A stretch of 19,304 nt of DNA from Myxococcota bacterium (GCA_041687695.1 JAWLBL010000048.1:9719-29022); one strand, 5' to 3'; positions 6,750 to 16,629 are shown, counted from the first letter of the stretch. Notes: generated from the letters alone by a model not told the origin. Made by a program: numbers and translations.

Positions 6750-8633
6750 TCAGGCGTCGAGGATCTGGCGGACGCGCTCGAGCAGGGCGTCGGGCATGAA
6801 GGGTTTCTGCAGGAAGACGATGCCCTTGTCGAGCACGCCGTGGTGGACGATGGCGTTCTCGGTGTAGCCGGAGACGTAGAGGATGCGTAGCCCCGGCTGC
6901 CGCTCGGTGAGCCGGGCGGCGAGCTCCTTGCCGCCCATCTGCGGCATCACCACGTCGGTCACCAGGAGGTCGAGCGGACGCTCGAGCGACCCGACCTTCT
7001 GCAGGGCCTCGACCCCGTTGCCGGCCTCGACGACCCGATAGCCGGCGCGCCCCAGGGCGCGTGCGGCGAGGGCGCGCACCGACGGCTCGTCCTCGACCAG
7101 CAGGACCAGCTCGTGGCCGCCCGGCGTGCGACTCTCCGCGCGCTCGGCAGGCGGGGGCGCCGGCACCGCGTAGGAGCGCGGCAGGTATACCTTGAACGTC
7201 GTCCCGCGGCCGGGCTCGCTGTACACCCAGATGTGTCCGCGCGCCTGTCGGACGATGCCGTAGCAGGTCGCGAGCCCCAGGCCGGTGCCCTCGCCCGCGT
7301 CCTTGGTAGTGAAGAACGGCTCGAAGATGCGCGCGCGGACCTCTTCGGTCATGCCGCAGCCGGTGTCGCTGACGGCCAGCCGCACGTAGTCGCCGGGCGC
7401 CACCTCGGGGTGGTCGCCGGCGTACTCGGCGTCGAGCGTCACGTTCGTCGTCTCGAGCGTGATCTTGCCGCCCCGCGGCATGGCGTCGCGGGCGTTGACC
7501 GCCAGGTTCAGGATGACCTGCTCGAGCTGGCTCGGGTCCACCTCGACCGGCCACAGGTCGGGCGCGGCCAGGGTGACCAGCTCGATGTCCTCGCCCAGGA
7601 TGCGCCGGAGCATCTTGTCCATGCCCAGGACGAGGTCGTTGACCACCATGGGCCGCGGCTCGATGATCTGCCGCCGCGAGAAGGCCAGGAGCTGCTGGGT
7701 GAGGCTCGCCGCCTTGCGCGACGCGGTCAGGATCTCGTCCACGTCCGCCCGCACCTCGGGCTGCTGCGCCAGCTCCACGCGGACCAGGTCGGCGTAGCTC
7801 ATGATGGCGGTGAGGATGTTGTTGAAGTCGTGCGCCACGCCGCCGGCCAGGCGGCCGATCGCCTCCATCTTCTGCGTCTCGCGGAGCCGCTGCTCGAACC
7901 GCATCCGCTCGCTGACGTCGCGAACCGCGGCGATGACCATGGCGGACCCGTTCTCCGCCAGCGGGCTGAGGGCGATCTCGCAGCACAGGGTGCTCCCGTC
8001 GCGGCGGAGGGCCGGGTAGGGGCGGCCGGCGCCCATGGGGCGCGGGGCTGGCGCCTCGAAGAACGCGCGCCGGTGCTGCGGATGGGCGGAGCGCGACTCC
8101 TCGGGGATGAGGGTGTCGAGGGGCGCGCCGACCAGCCGCTCAGGCGGGTAGTCGAAGATGCGGCCTGCGGCGATGTTCGCGTGGAGGATGAGGCCGGACC
8201 GGTCGACCACCAGCATGCCATCCGGAGCGGCATCGAGCACCTGCGCCAGCAGCCGCTCGGCGCGCTGCTCGGCCTGGCTGACGCGCTGGCGTGTGCGCGC
8301 GTGCGCGATTGCCAGCCAGGCGGCGGCCCAGATGGCCACCAGGCTCAGGGCGCGGTTGGTCCAGATGACCGGCGTCGAGGCCGCCGCCGGTGCGAGCGCG
8401 ATCGCGGCGAGCACCAGCCCGGAGGCGAGCGCGGCCACCCAGAGCGTGTCCCGTAGGCGGGGCGACCCCAGCGTGACGATGACCGCGAGCACGTGCATGA
8501 CGCCCCAGGCGATCCCGAGCGGGGTGGCCAGATCCGCGGCGAACACGGCGAGCGAGGCGCCGATGCCCGAGATGAGATGTCGGCCTTCGCTGGGCACGGG
8601 CGGCTCCTTGGTGCCGAGGCGGATGTCAGGCAT
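6750..8633 (-). CDS. Membrane-bound PAS hybrid sensor histidine kinase/receiver (CckA/NtrB-like, about 627 aa)
   Basis: N-terminal TM helices, PAS (DAAPDGML...RRDGS), H-box [12 protein letters not shown]-box [30 protein letters not shown], and REC domain LLVEDE...LLVTDVVMP...KPF. The exact start is uncertain. Confidence 0.95.
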   Translation of the reverse strand: MPDIRLGTKEPPVPSEGRHLISGIGASLAVFAADLATPLGIAWGVMHVLAVIVTLGSPRLRDTLWVAALASGLVLAAIALAPAAASTPVIWTNRALSLVAIWAAAWLAIAHARTRQRVSQAEQRAERLLAQVLDAAPDGMLVVDRSGLILHANIAAGRIFDYPPERLVGAPLDTLIPEESRSAHPQHRRAFFEAPAPRPMGAGRPYPALRRDGSTLCCEIALSPLAENGSAMVIAAVRDVSERMRFEQRLRETQKMEAIGRLAGGVAHDFNNILTAIMSYADLVRVELAQQPEVRADVDEILTASRKAASLTQQLLAFSRRQIIEPRPMVVNDLVLGMDKMLRRILGEDIELVTLAAPDLWPVEVDPSQLEQVILNLAVNARDAMPRGGKITLETTNVTLDAEYAGDHPEVAPGDYVRLAVSDTGCGMTEEVRARIFEPFFTTKDAGEGTGLGLATCYGIVRQARGHIWVYSEPGRGTTFKVYLPRSYAVPAPPPAERAESRTPGGHELVLLVEDEPSVRALAARALGRAGYRVVEAGNGVEALQKVGSLERPLDLLVTDVVMPQMGGKELAARLTERQPGLRILYVSGYTENAIVHHGVLDKGIVFLQKPFMPDALLERVRQILDA

Positions 8634-8703
8634 GCGCGCGCGCGCCGAAGGGGCGATTTCGCACAGCGACGGCCTGCCTCGGCGGGGGAGGCCGAGGCAG
8701 GAA

Positions 8704-8717
8704 AGAACGCTCGTTCT
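8704..8717. promoter_or_regulatory. Palindromic operator-like site AGAACG-CT-CGTTCT upstream of the kinase
   Basis: Perfect 6-2-6 inverted repeat in an AT-rich patch about 70 bp upstream of the 8633 start. Confidence 0.45.
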
Positions 8718-8722
8718 ATCTT

Positions 8723-8735
8723 CAAGTCACTGATT
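8723..8735 (-). promoter_or_regulatory. IHF consensus-like site
   Basis: The minus strand reads AATCAGTGACTTG, matching WATCARNNNNTTR. Confidence 0.4.
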
Positions 8736-8746
8736 TTCAAACGCAT

Positions 8747-8818
8747 AAAGCGGTCAGGTGTGCGAAATTTGCATCCTTCGTCCGCGACACATGCAAATTG
8801 CGAAGACCTGACCCCTTT
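8747..8818. repeat. 72-bp inverted-repeat element with GGTCAGGT/ACCTGACC ends (MITE-like)
   Basis: 28-bp arms at 8747-8774 and 8791-8818 pair at 24 of 28 positions around a 16-bp spacer. The right arm carries GACCTGACCCCTTT as at 6606-6619 and 6646-6659. Confidence 0.8.
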
Positions 8819-8917
8819 CCTCCCTTTCATCAGGCGCGGGGGGCGCGGGCCGGCGAGCAGGGCCGTAGTCGGAGCGACGACGACGCCGTGGTGGGGCGCC
8901 GGGGGCGCAGCCTTGCC

Positions 8918-10282
8918 TCAGGCGGCGTCGGCGGTGGCCGGCGGGGAGGCGTCGGGCACCTCGATGAAGTAGGCCTGCACGGGCTCGGAGACGCCCTTGA
9001 GGGTCAGCTGGCCGGCGTCGAGGCGGCGCCAGGCGGGCGGCAGCAGGCGGGCGGTCTCTGCGCCGACCAGGACCTGGCCGGGGCGGCTCGCGGACTCGAG
9101 GCGGGCGGCGACGTTCACGACCGGGCCGATGACCGTGTAGTCCGAGCGCCGGTCGGAGCCGAAGTGGCCGACGACCACCTCGCCGGTGTTGATGCCCGTG
9201 CGGGCGGCGAGGGCGACGCCGAGGCGGGCGTCGCGGACCAGCGCGTGGACCTCGTGGGCGACCAGGACGGCGCGGCGGGCCTGCTCGGCGGGCGGCAGCG
9301 GCTCGGGGGCGCCGAAGACGAGCATCACGGCGTCGCCGACGAACTTGTCGATGGTGGCGCCGTGGCGGTGGGCGATCTCGACGACCTCGGCCAGGTAGCG
9401 GTCCAGCACCACCCCCACCGCCTGGGCGCCGAGCCGCTCGCTGAGCTGGGTGAAGCCGACCAGATCGGTGAAGGAGACGGTGACGACGCGGCGCTCGGGG
9501 GGCTCGTCCATCGACAGCTCGCCGCGGGAGGCCTTGGCGACCAGCGCGGGAGGCAGATAGCGGCCGAGCACGACGTGGGTGACGTAGCGGTGCAGCTTGA
9601 TGGTCTGGTTGACGCCGTAGTTGACCGCCATGAAGGTCAGCAGGAGCGCGCCGGCGAAGGTGGTCAGCACGGCGACGGCGACGTCCGGGTCCTGGAAGAG
9701 CGGGTGGACGAAGGGCGCGGGGGACAGCGGGGCGGGGGGCAGGGCGCCGGCGGCCTCGACCAGGGCGACGGTGGTGAAGGCGGCGAGGCCATAGAGGAAG
9801 GCGACCAGCGCCATGCGGTGGTCGAAGAAGACCCGGTAGACCGCGACCAGCATGATGGGGTTGATGACGGCGATGTTGGTCATGCTGCCCGAGGCGTAGA
9901 TGGAGGCCTGGTTCATGCCGACCTCGGTCAGCAGCGACAGGAGTGACAGCCGCCAGAGGGTGCGGTGGCGCGAGGTGCCCTCGGCGACGCCACGCAGGGC
10001 CAGAGACGCCAGGTTGGCCGCGAGGAAGACCGCCACGTGCGCGAACCACACGTAGGCGTTGGTGCGGCTGGCCTCGGGCGCCCACGACCCGGGGAGGTTG
10101 GCCACGAGGGCGTGTCCGGTGGGCGCGATGATGATGGGCAGGCCCACGAGCAGACGCACCCAGGCGGCCAGGCGCAAGCGCTCGGGGCCCGTGCGGGGCG
10201 AGCCGAGCCCGGTCAGCAGCTCGGCGGCCAGGGTGCGCACCCGGGACCGCCACTCCTTGGGTGCCGTCGCTGTCGCCTGCAT
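8918..10282 (-). CDS. Membrane-anchored class III adenylate cyclase (454 aa)
   Basis: Multi-TM N-terminus. Catalytic motifs FTDLVGFT, IDKFVGDAVM, RTGINTG and DYTVIGPVVNVAARLES. The Lys/Asp specificity pair indicates ATP as substrate. Confidence 0.93.
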   Translation of the reverse strand: MQATATAPKEWRSRVRTLAAELLTGLGSPRTGPERLRLAAWVRLLVGLPIIIAPTGHALVANLPGSWAPEASRTNAYVWFAHVAVFLAANLASLALRGVAEGTSRHRTLWRLSLLSLLTEVGMNQASIYASGSMTNIAVINPIMLVAVYRVFFDHRMALVAFLYGLAAFTTVALVEAAGALPPAPLSPAPFVHPLFQDPDVAVAVLTTFAGALLLTFMAVNYGVNQTIKLHRYVTHVVLGRYLPPALVAKASRGELSMDEPPERRVVTVSFTDLVGFTQLSERLGAQAVGVVLDRYLAEVVEIAHRHGATIDKFVGDAVMLVFGAPEPLPPAEQARRAVLVAHEVHALVRDARLGVALAARTGINTGEVVVGHFGSDRRSDYTVIGPVVNVAARLESASRPGQVLVGAETARLLPPAWRRLDAGQLTLKGVSEPVQAYFIEVPDASPPATADAA

Positions 10283-10340
10283 GGGGCGAGCATAGTACGA
10301 GCGGACGCGGTGTGTCGTCCGCAGCGGGGCATCGGCGCGT

Positions 10341-12092
10341 TCACAGCGCCAGGTAGAGGGCGAGGGCGAGCAGGACGAAGGCGAGGCCGCCGTTGCGCCA
10401 GCGGCCGAGGTGCTGCTCGGCGGGGTCGAGGTGGCGGGTCAGGGTGGTCGTCAGGGCCTGGCCGTTGGCGAGGAGGGCGTTGCGGGTCGCGTGGTAGGCG
10501 CGGGCGAGGGTGGCGACGGCGCCGTCCCAGGTGCGGGCCAGGGCGCGCAGGGCCGCGAGGACGGGGACCAGGAGGTCGCCGGGGGGGACGGCGAAGCGCT
10601 GCTGCGGTGCGAAGGCGCGGGAGGCGAGCAGGGCCAGGCCTGCGAGGAGGACACCCACGGCCAGGGGCCACAGGCCGGACCAGCTGGGCGCGAGGGTGGT
10701 CTTGGACCAGATGGCGCCCTGGAGCTCGGTCCAGGGCAGCAGCCACAGGACCGAGGCGAGGGCGATGAGGAGCGTGAGCCAGGCGGAGGTCATCCAGGGG
10801 CTGGCCGGGTGGTCGCCCGCGTCGGGGCGGGGCCGCGTCAGGACCAGGAAGCGGGCCATCAGCAGGGTGGTGCCGACGCCGGAGAGCGACAGCAGGGTCA
10901 CGAGGACGTCCATGCGCAGCTCGGGCGCCGCGGCCAGGGCCGTCTCGAGCGAGAGCTTGGCGACGGCGCCGGTGGTCCAGGGGGCGCCGGCGAGGGCGAA
11001 GGCCGGCAGCGCGAGGCCCAGCAGGGTGATGGCCCGCGCCGAGCGGGTGGACAGACGCGAGGTGGCGACGCCGACCCCGAGGAAGAGGGCGCCCTTGGCG
11101 AGGGCGTGGTGCAGGGCGTAGATGAGCAGGGCGACCAGCGCGGTGGGCCACTGCTCGGGGCGCATGAGGCCGAAGCCGACGAGGACGGTCATCAGGCCCA
11201 TCTGGCTGATGCTGGAGTAGGCGAGCAGGGTCTTGGGGTTGCGCTGGGTCAGGCCGACGAGGACGCCGTAGAAGGCGCCGAAGAAGCCGAGGATCATGGC
11301 GAGGGCGCCGACGGTGGGCAGCGCGGCTTCGCCCAGGGGCAGCGTGCGGAGCCAGCCGAGCAGGCCCGCCTTGATCATGGCGCCGCTGAGGACGGCGCTG
11401 GCCGGGCTGGGCGCCATGGGGTGCGCCAGCGGGAGCCACACGTGCAGCGGGACCAGCCCGGCCTTGATGCCGAAGCCGGCGAGCAGGAGCAGGGCCACCA
11501 GCGGGTCGGCCGTGTGGGGCGGGGCGGCGCCGGGGCCGGCGAAGCGCAGGTCGCCCGTGTCCCAGGCGAGCAGGAGGAGGCCCGACAGGACCAGCGCCTC
11601 GCCCATCACCACCAGGGCGACGTAGAGGCGGCCGGCCTCGAGGGCCGGGGGGCTGCGGTCGTGGATGATGAGGCCGTAGGCGGCGAGGCCCATGACGGAG
11701 AAGCCGAGGTAGAAGGTGATGGCGTCGCCGGCGAGGGGCAGGGCGAGGTTGCCGGCCATGGCCAGCAGGGAGAAGGCCCAGAAGGAGGGGCGGCGGGTGC
11801 GCACGTAGCCGACGGCGTACAGGCTGGCGAGCAGCCACAGCAGGGCCGACAGGAAGAGGAAGACCACGCCGGTGGCGTCGAGGGTGAGGCGGGCGCCGAG
11901 GAGGAGCCACGGGACCTCGATGACCAGGCCGGGCTCGGCGGTGAGCGACAGGACGAGGGCCGGCAGGGCGGTCCAGGGGGCGACGAAGGGCAGGGCGCGG
12001 CGGGTGGCGGGCCAGGCGAGCAGGCCGAGGGCGGCGAGCGGCGCGAGCAGGGCGAGGGCCACCAAGGCGGCGTCGGAGGCGGCGGCGGTCAC
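10341..12092 (-). CDS. Complex I subunit 5/HyfB-like antiporter subunit (third MrpD/A-like protein, 583 aa)
   Basis: GTG start overlaps the upstream TGA (GTGA). Motifs GIKAGLVPLHVWLPLAHP.APSPASAVLSG.MIKAG, LAYSSISQMG and HHALAKGALFL. The ORF-track extension to 13316 overlaps the upstream gene and is not protein-like. Confidence 0.88.
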   Translation of the reverse strand: MTAAASDAALVALALLAPLAALGLLAWPATRRALPFVAPWTALPALVLSLTAEPGLVIEVPWLLLGARLTLDATGVVFLFLSALLWLLASLYAVGYVRTRRPSFWAFSLLAMAGNLALPLAGDAITFYLGFSVMGLAAYGLIIHDRSPPALEAGRLYVALVVMGEALVLSGLLLLAWDTGDLRFAGPGAAPPHTADPLVALLLLAGFGIKAGLVPLHVWLPLAHPMAPSPASAVLSGAMIKAGLLGWLRTLPLGEAALPTVGALAMILGFFGAFYGVLVGLTQRNPKTLLAYSSISQMGLMTVLVGFGLMRPEQWPTALVALLIYALHHALAKGALFLGVGVATSRLSTRSARAITLLGLALPAFALAGAPWTTGAVAKLSLETALAAAPELRMDVLVTLLSLSGVGTTLLMARFLVLTRPRPDAGDHPASPWMTSAWLTLLIALASVLWLLPWTELQGAIWSKTTLAPSWSGLWPLAVGVLLAGLALLASRAFAPQQRFAVPPGDLLVPVLAALRALARTWDGAVATLARAYHATRNALLANGQALTTTLTRHLDPAEQHLGRWRNGGLAFVLLALALYLAL

Positions 12093-13588
12093 CAGCCGAA
12101 CTCCCGCGCGGCGATGAGGCGGCCCCAGGTGAGCGGGCTCACCGGCAGGCTGGCGAACAGGCCCATGAAGAGGACGATGAGCGCCGTGACGACGGGCGGA
12201 CCGACCAGCAGCCAGGGGGCCTCGAGGCCGAGGCGGGGGCGTCGGTCCTTGGGCCAGGACTCGGGCGGGGGGCGGAACCAGGCGGCGTAGACGAGCGGCA
12301 GGAAGTAGGCGGCGTTGAGCAGCGTGCTGACGACCAGCACGGCGACGGCCCAGCCGGCCTGGCCTTCGAGGGCGCCGACGCCCAGGTACCACTTGCTGAT
12401 GAAGCCGGCGGTGGGCGGCACGCCGATCATGCCGAGGGCGCCGACGGTGAAGGCGGCCATGGTCAGCGGCATGCGGCGGCCGACCCCGTCGAGGGCGTCG
12501 ACGCGGTGGACGCCCAGGGTCTCGGCGAGGTTGCCGGCGCAGAAGAAGAGGGTGATCTTCATCACGCCCTGGTGGACGATGTGGACCAGGCCGCCGATGG
12601 TGGCGATGGGGCCGAGGACGGCGACGCCGAGGGCGATGTAGGACACCTGGCTGACGGTGGAGTAGGCGAGGCGGCGCTTGAGGCTGGTCTGCTGCAGGGC
12701 GCGGACCGAGCCGTAGAGGATGGTGACGGCGGCGAGCAGGGCGAGCGGCGCCAGGACGCCCAGCTCGGAGGTCAGGCGGACGCCGTAGACGTCGTAGCAG
12801 ACGCGGACGATGCCGAAGGCGCCGGCCTTGACGACGGCGACCGCGTGCAGGAGCGCGCTGACCGGGGCGGGGGCGACCATGGCGAGGGGGAGCCAGCCGT
12901 GGAGCGGGACCAGGGAGGCCTTGACGCCGAGGCCGAGCACGAGGAGGGCGAAGGCGGCGATGAGCGGGCCGCGGGGGAGGTCCGGGTGGGCCGAGAGGCT
13001 GCCGCCTTCGATGAAGGGCACCGTGCCGACCAGGGCGTGGAGCCAGGCGGCGCCGAGGAGGAGGAGGACGCCGCCGACGAGGGTGTAGGCGAGGTAGGTG
13101 CGGCCGGCGCGGAGGGCCTCGGGGGTGCCGTTGTGGACGACCAGGGGCCAGGTGGCGAGGGTCAGCAGCTCGTAGAAGACGACGAAGGTCAGCAGGTTGC
13201 CGGCCATGGCGATGCCGGTGGTGGCGCTGACGCAGAGGCTGAAGAAGCCGAAGAAGCGGCTGCGGTTGGGGGAGCCCTCGAGGTAGCCGATGGCGTAGAC
13301 GGTGGTGAGGAACCACAGGACGGCCGAGAGGGTGACGAAGAGCATGGCGAGCGGCGTGGCGTGCAGGACCAGATCCAGGCCGGGCAGCAGCGGCAGCCGC
13401 GTCTCGTAGCTCGCGTCGTGGTAGACGCCGTAGAGCATGACGGCGATGAGCGCGACCTTGAGCGTGGCGCCGGCCATGTTGAGCAGGCGCCGGGTGCGCA
13501 CCGCCTGCTCGCGCAGGGCGAAGATGACGAGCCCCGGGACGAGCGAGCTGAGGACGACGAGCAGGGGCAGGAGGAAGCTGGCGCTCAT
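12089..13588 (-). CDS. mrpD: Mrp antiporter subunit D family (499 aa)
   Basis: Start MSASFLLPLL at 13588 (ATGA overlap). Motifs FYELLT, KASLVPLHGWLP.AMVAPAPVSALLHAVAVVKAG, LAYSTVSQVSY and KITLFFCAG. Confidence 0.9.
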   Translation of the reverse strand: MSASFLLPLLVVLSSLVPGLVIFALREQAVRTRRLLNMAGATLKVALIAVMLYGVYHDASYETRLPLLPGLDLVLHATPLAMLFVTLSAVLWFLTTVYAIGYLEGSPNRSRFFGFFSLCVSATTGIAMAGNLLTFVVFYELLTLATWPLVVHNGTPEALRAGRTYLAYTLVGGVLLLLGAAWLHALVGTVPFIEGGSLSAHPDLPRGPLIAAFALLVLGLGVKASLVPLHGWLPLAMVAPAPVSALLHAVAVVKAGAFGIVRVCYDVYGVRLTSELGVLAPLALLAAVTILYGSVRALQQTSLKRRLAYSTVSQVSYIALGVAVLGPIATIGGLVHIVHQGVMKITLFFCAGNLAETLGVHRVDALDGVGRRMPLTMAAFTVGALGMIGVPPTAGFISKWYLGVGALEGQAGWAVAVLVVSTLLNAAYFLPLVYAAWFRPPPESWPKDRRPRLGLEAPWLLVGPPVVTALIVLFMGLFASLPVSPLTWGRLIAAREFGW

Positions 13589-15075
13589 GGGACCGCCTCG
13601 GCGACGGCGGGCGGCGCGCCGATGTCGATGAGGCCGAGCGGGGCGCTGGTGGCGAGGCCGAGGGCGACGCCGGCGAGGGCGAGGGCGAAGGCGCTCCAGC
13701 CGAGGGCTGGGGGGAGGCGTTCGCGGGTGACGGCCGCGGCGGCGGGGAGCAGCGCCTTGGCCAGCACGCGGAACATGTAGGCGGCGGTGAGCAGGCCGCC
13801 CGCGACGAGGACGGCGGCGATCCACCAGCGCTCGGCGGCGATGGCGGTGGTGAGGAGGAGCCATTTGCCGATGAAGCCGCTGGTGGGGGGCAGGCCCATC
13901 AGGCTGACGCCGGCGAGGCCGATGGTGAAGACGGTGAGCGGCAGGCGCTTGGCGGCGCCGGGCAGGGCGGCGACGGTGTCGTCGCCCGTGACGCGGAGGA
14001 TGACGCCGGCGGCGAGGAACAGGGCCGACTTGGCGAAGGCGTGGGCGAGGGCCAGGTAGACGACGCCGCGCCAGGCGTCGGCGGCGCCGGGGCCGTGCAG
14101 GAGCGGGAAGGCGAGGAAGAGGTAGCCGACCTGGGCGACGGTGGAGTAGGCGACGAGCGCCTTGAGGCGCTGTTGGCGCAGGGCCTGGAGGCCGCCCCAG
14201 AGGACGGCGAGGGCGCCGAGGGCGCCGAGGAGGTCGCGGGCGGCGGGGAGGGCGAGGTCGGGGAAGGCCTGGTGCCAAAGGCGCAGGGTCAGGACGAAGG
14301 TCGCCTTGACGACGAGGGCGGACAGGACGGCGCTGACGGGGCCGAGGGCGCTGGCGTGGGCGGGGGGGAGCCAGAAGTGCAGGGGGAAGAGGGCGGTCTT
14401 GAGGAGCAGGCCGGCGGTGACGAGGGCGACGGCGAGCGAGGCCTGGGGGGAGGCGGCGAGGGCGGGGGCGATGGCGGGGAGGTCGAGGGAGCCGGTCGCG
14501 GCGTAGAGCAGGGCCACGCCCATGAGGTAGGCCATGGAGCCGACCAGGGTGACGAGCAGGTAGCGCATGCCGGCGCCGAGGGCGGGGCCGCCCGACAGGG
14601 CGATGAGGCCGACGGAGGCGAGGCCGAGCAGCTCGAGGGTGACGTAGGCGTTGAAGAGGTCGCCGGCGAGGAAGACGGCGTTGAGGGCGGCGCAGACGAA
14701 GAGCCACAGCGGCCAGAAGTGGGGGGCCGCGGACGGGTGGCCGGGGGCGTCGGGGGCCGGGTGGAGGTAGGCGGCGGCGTAGCTGGTGGCGGCGGCGACG
14801 ATGGCGGAAGTGGTGAGCACCAGGGTGAGGCTGAGGCCGTCGGCGACGAGGAGGACGCCGAGGGGGCTCGGCCAGCCGCCGACGCGGTAGTGGAGGGGGC
14901 CGGCCGCGGGCAGGTGGGCGGCCAGGAGCGCGGCGGTGAGCAGGGCGCCGAGGACGCCGGCGGCGGCGAGCCAGGGGCGGGCGCGGGGGGGCGCGGCGAA
15001 GGCGAGGGCGGCGGCCAGGAGCGGGAGCAGGATGGGGCCGACGATCCAGTGGGGGCTGGTGGGATCAGCGGTCAT
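13585..15075 (-). CDS. mrpD: Mrp antiporter subunit D (496 aa)
   Basis: Motifs GGWPSPLGV.L.ADGLS, GDLFNAYVTLEL, LKTALFPLHFWLPPAH, AYSTVAQVGY and GLPPTSGFIGKW. Confidence 0.92.
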   Translation of the reverse strand: MTADPTSPHWIVGPILLPLLAAALAFAAPPRARPWLAAAGVLGALLTAALLAAHLPAAGPLHYRVGGWPSPLGVLLVADGLSLTLVLTTSAIVAAATSYAAAYLHPAPDAPGHPSAAPHFWPLWLFVCAALNAVFLAGDLFNAYVTLELLGLASVGLIALSGGPALGAGMRYLLVTLVGSMAYLMGVALLYAATGSLDLPAIAPALAASPQASLAVALVTAGLLLKTALFPLHFWLPPAHASALGPVSAVLSALVVKATFVLTLRLWHQAFPDLALPAARDLLGALGALAVLWGGLQALRQQRLKALVAYSTVAQVGYLFLAFPLLHGPGAADAWRGVVYLALAHAFAKSALFLAAGVILRVTGDDTVAALPGAAKRLPLTVFTIGLAGVSLMGLPPTSGFIGKWLLLTTAIAAERWWIAAVLVAGGLLTAAYMFRVLAKALLPAAAAVTRERLPPALGWSAFALALAGVALGLATSAPLGLIDIGAPPAVAEAVP

Positions 15076-15400
15076 CGGTGGGCCCCTGGGCGGCCTCGCT
15101 GGCGTCGCCGGGCAGCAGGGGGCGGCCCTGCTCGGCGCGGACGCGGCGGGCGAGGGCCAGGGCGAAGGCGGTGGCGCTGACGGCGACGACGATCCCCGTC
15201 AGGACCATGGCGCGCGGGGCCGGGTCGGGGGGGCCGGCGGCGGCGGTGGCGGGCAGGGCGATGAGGAGCAGGAAGGTGCCGCTGGCCATGAGGTTGACGG
15301 CGAGGATCTTGCGGACGAGGTGGCGGCGGGCGAGGGCCCCGTAGAGGCCGACCAGGAAGAGCAGGGCGCCGACGAAGGCGTAGAGGGACGGGGCGGTCAT
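15065..15400 (-). CDS. mrpC: Mrp antiporter subunit C (111 aa)
   Basis: Motifs GLYG...RHLVRKILAVN and DPAPRAMVLTGIVV. Three TM helices. Confidence 0.92.
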   Translation of the reverse strand: MTAPSLYAFVGALLFLVGLYGALARRHLVRKILAVNLMASGTFLLLIALPATAAAGPPDPAPRAMVLTGIVVAVSATAFALALARRVRAEQGRPLLPGDASEAAQGPTDDR

Positions 15401-16062
15401 CGCGGGGCTCCGGGGTCCGGGCGCTCGGGCGGGACGCCGACGAAGAGGGCGGCCAGGGTCAGGGCGATGGAGAGGGTGGCGAAGACCTCGACGAGCAGGA
15501 TGAAGGGCTTGGCCAGGCCGGGCGGCCAGGTCAGGTAGGGGCGGCCGAGGAGCGGGCCCGCGAGGCCGGCGAGGGCGAAGACGAGGAGGCCGGCGACGAG
15601 GGCGAGCCGGAGCGGGAGCGGGCGGGCGGGGGGCGCGGCGCCGGTGACCACGAGCAGCACGACGGAGGCGCCGAGGAGCGCGCCGCCCTGGAAGGCGCCG
15701 CCGGGGGCGTCGGCGCCGATCCAGACCAGGTAGGCGCCGATGAGCAGCAGGGCCGGGGTCAGGCGGCGGGCGGCGGTGGCGACGACCGGGCTGGCGGGGG
15801 GCCAGGGGCTGGGTGGGGCGGGGATGCGCAGGGCCCAGACGCTGGCGAGGGCCAGGAGGAGCACGGCGACCTCTAGCAGGGTGTCGTAGGCGCGGAAGTT
15901 GAGCAGGACGGCGGTGACGGGGCTGGACACGCCGCTGTCGGGCAGGCGGGCGAGGGCGGCGTCGGCGAGCGGGGTGGCGGCGGGGGGCGGGGCGTCGAGG
16001 GCGGCGAAGAAGGCGGCGCCGAGGGCGGCGAGGGCGGCGGCCGTGAGGAGGCGGTGGAGCAT
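15397..16062 (-). CDS. mrpB: Mrp antiporter subunit B (MnhB domain with MrpA C-terminal-like segment, 221 aa)
   Basis: Motifs SGVSSPVTAVLLNFRAYDTLLE and GADAPGGAFQGG. Confidence 0.88.
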   Translation of the reverse strand: MLHRLLTAAALAALGAAFFAALDAPPPAATPLADAALARLPDSGVSSPVTAVLLNFRAYDTLLEVAVLLLALASVWALRIPAPPSPWPPASPVVATAARRLTPALLLIGAYLVWIGADAPGGAFQGGALLGASVVLLVVTGAAPPARPLPLRLALVAGLLVFALAGLAGPLLGRPYLTWPPGLAKPFILLVEVFATLSIALTLAALFVGVPPERPDPGAPR

Positions 16063-16066
16063 CGCG

Positions 16067-16321
16067 TCAGCGCTCGCGGTCGGCGGCGGCCAGGCGGCCG
16101 ATGGCGTCGACCAGCAGGGCGCCGGTGAGGCCGGCGCCGATGGCGGCCTCGGCCAGGGCGACGTCCGGGGCGGCGAGGCGGACCCAGGCGATGGCCAGCA
16201 GCAGGCCGAAGGTGATGAAGAGGACCGCGGCGGCGAAGAGCGCGCGGGTGGCGAGGGCGGCCCAGGCGACGGCGACCAGCGAGGCGGCCAGCAGGAGGTC
16301 GATGAAGGGGGGCCAGGTCAT
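16067..16321 (-). CDS. DUF4040-type small Mrp subunit (84 aa)
   Basis: Motif LAAPDVALAEAAIGAGLTG. Three TM helices. Position within the operon. Confidence 0.88.
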   Translation of the reverse strand: MTWPPFIDLLLAASLVAVAWAALATRALFAAAVLFITFGLLLAIAWVRLAAPDVALAEAAIGAGLTGALLVDAIGRLAAADRER

Positions 16322-16629
16322 CGGGGCTCCTCGGAGGTCCAGGGGCGCAGGCCGCTGCGCAGGGCGGAGCGGGCGACGGCGTGGGCGCTGGTGGCGCTGG
16401 CGACCAGGACCAGGAGCCAGGCGAGGAGGAGCTGGCCGACGTAGGCGGCCGAGGGGGCTTCGAGGGCGAGGGCGGCGACGACGAAGCCGAGCCCGAGGCT
16501 GTCGGCCTTGGTCAGGGCGTGAAGGCGGGTGTAGACGTCGGGGAAGCGGAGCAGCCCGACGGTGCCGGCGATGAAGAAGGCGAGGCCGACGACGAGGGCG
16601 ACGGCCGCGAGGATCTCAAGGAGGGTCAT
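16318..16629 (-). CDS. mrpG: Mrp antiporter subunit G (103 aa)
   Basis: Motifs GLLRFPDVYTRLHALTKAD.LG and AHAVAR. Confidence 0.93.
   Translation of the reverse strand: MTLLEILAAVALVVGLAFFIAGTVGLLRFPDVYTRLHALTKADSLGLGFVVAALALEAPSAAYVGQLLLAWLLVLVASATSAHAVARSALRSGLRPWTSEEPR

Noticed and set aside
10341..12092. Hydrogenase-4 or formate hydrogenlyase locus suggested by the HyfB-like subunit
   Set aside because: No NiFe large/small subunits or Fe-S proteins are in the window, and the mrpEFGBC context indicates an antiporter.
10341..14707. 991-aa and 872-aa ORFs as giant MrpA-like fusions
   Set aside because: Their N-terminal parts are low-complexity alternative frames of the upstream paralogs. 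The real starts are 12092 and 13588, with stop/start overlaps.
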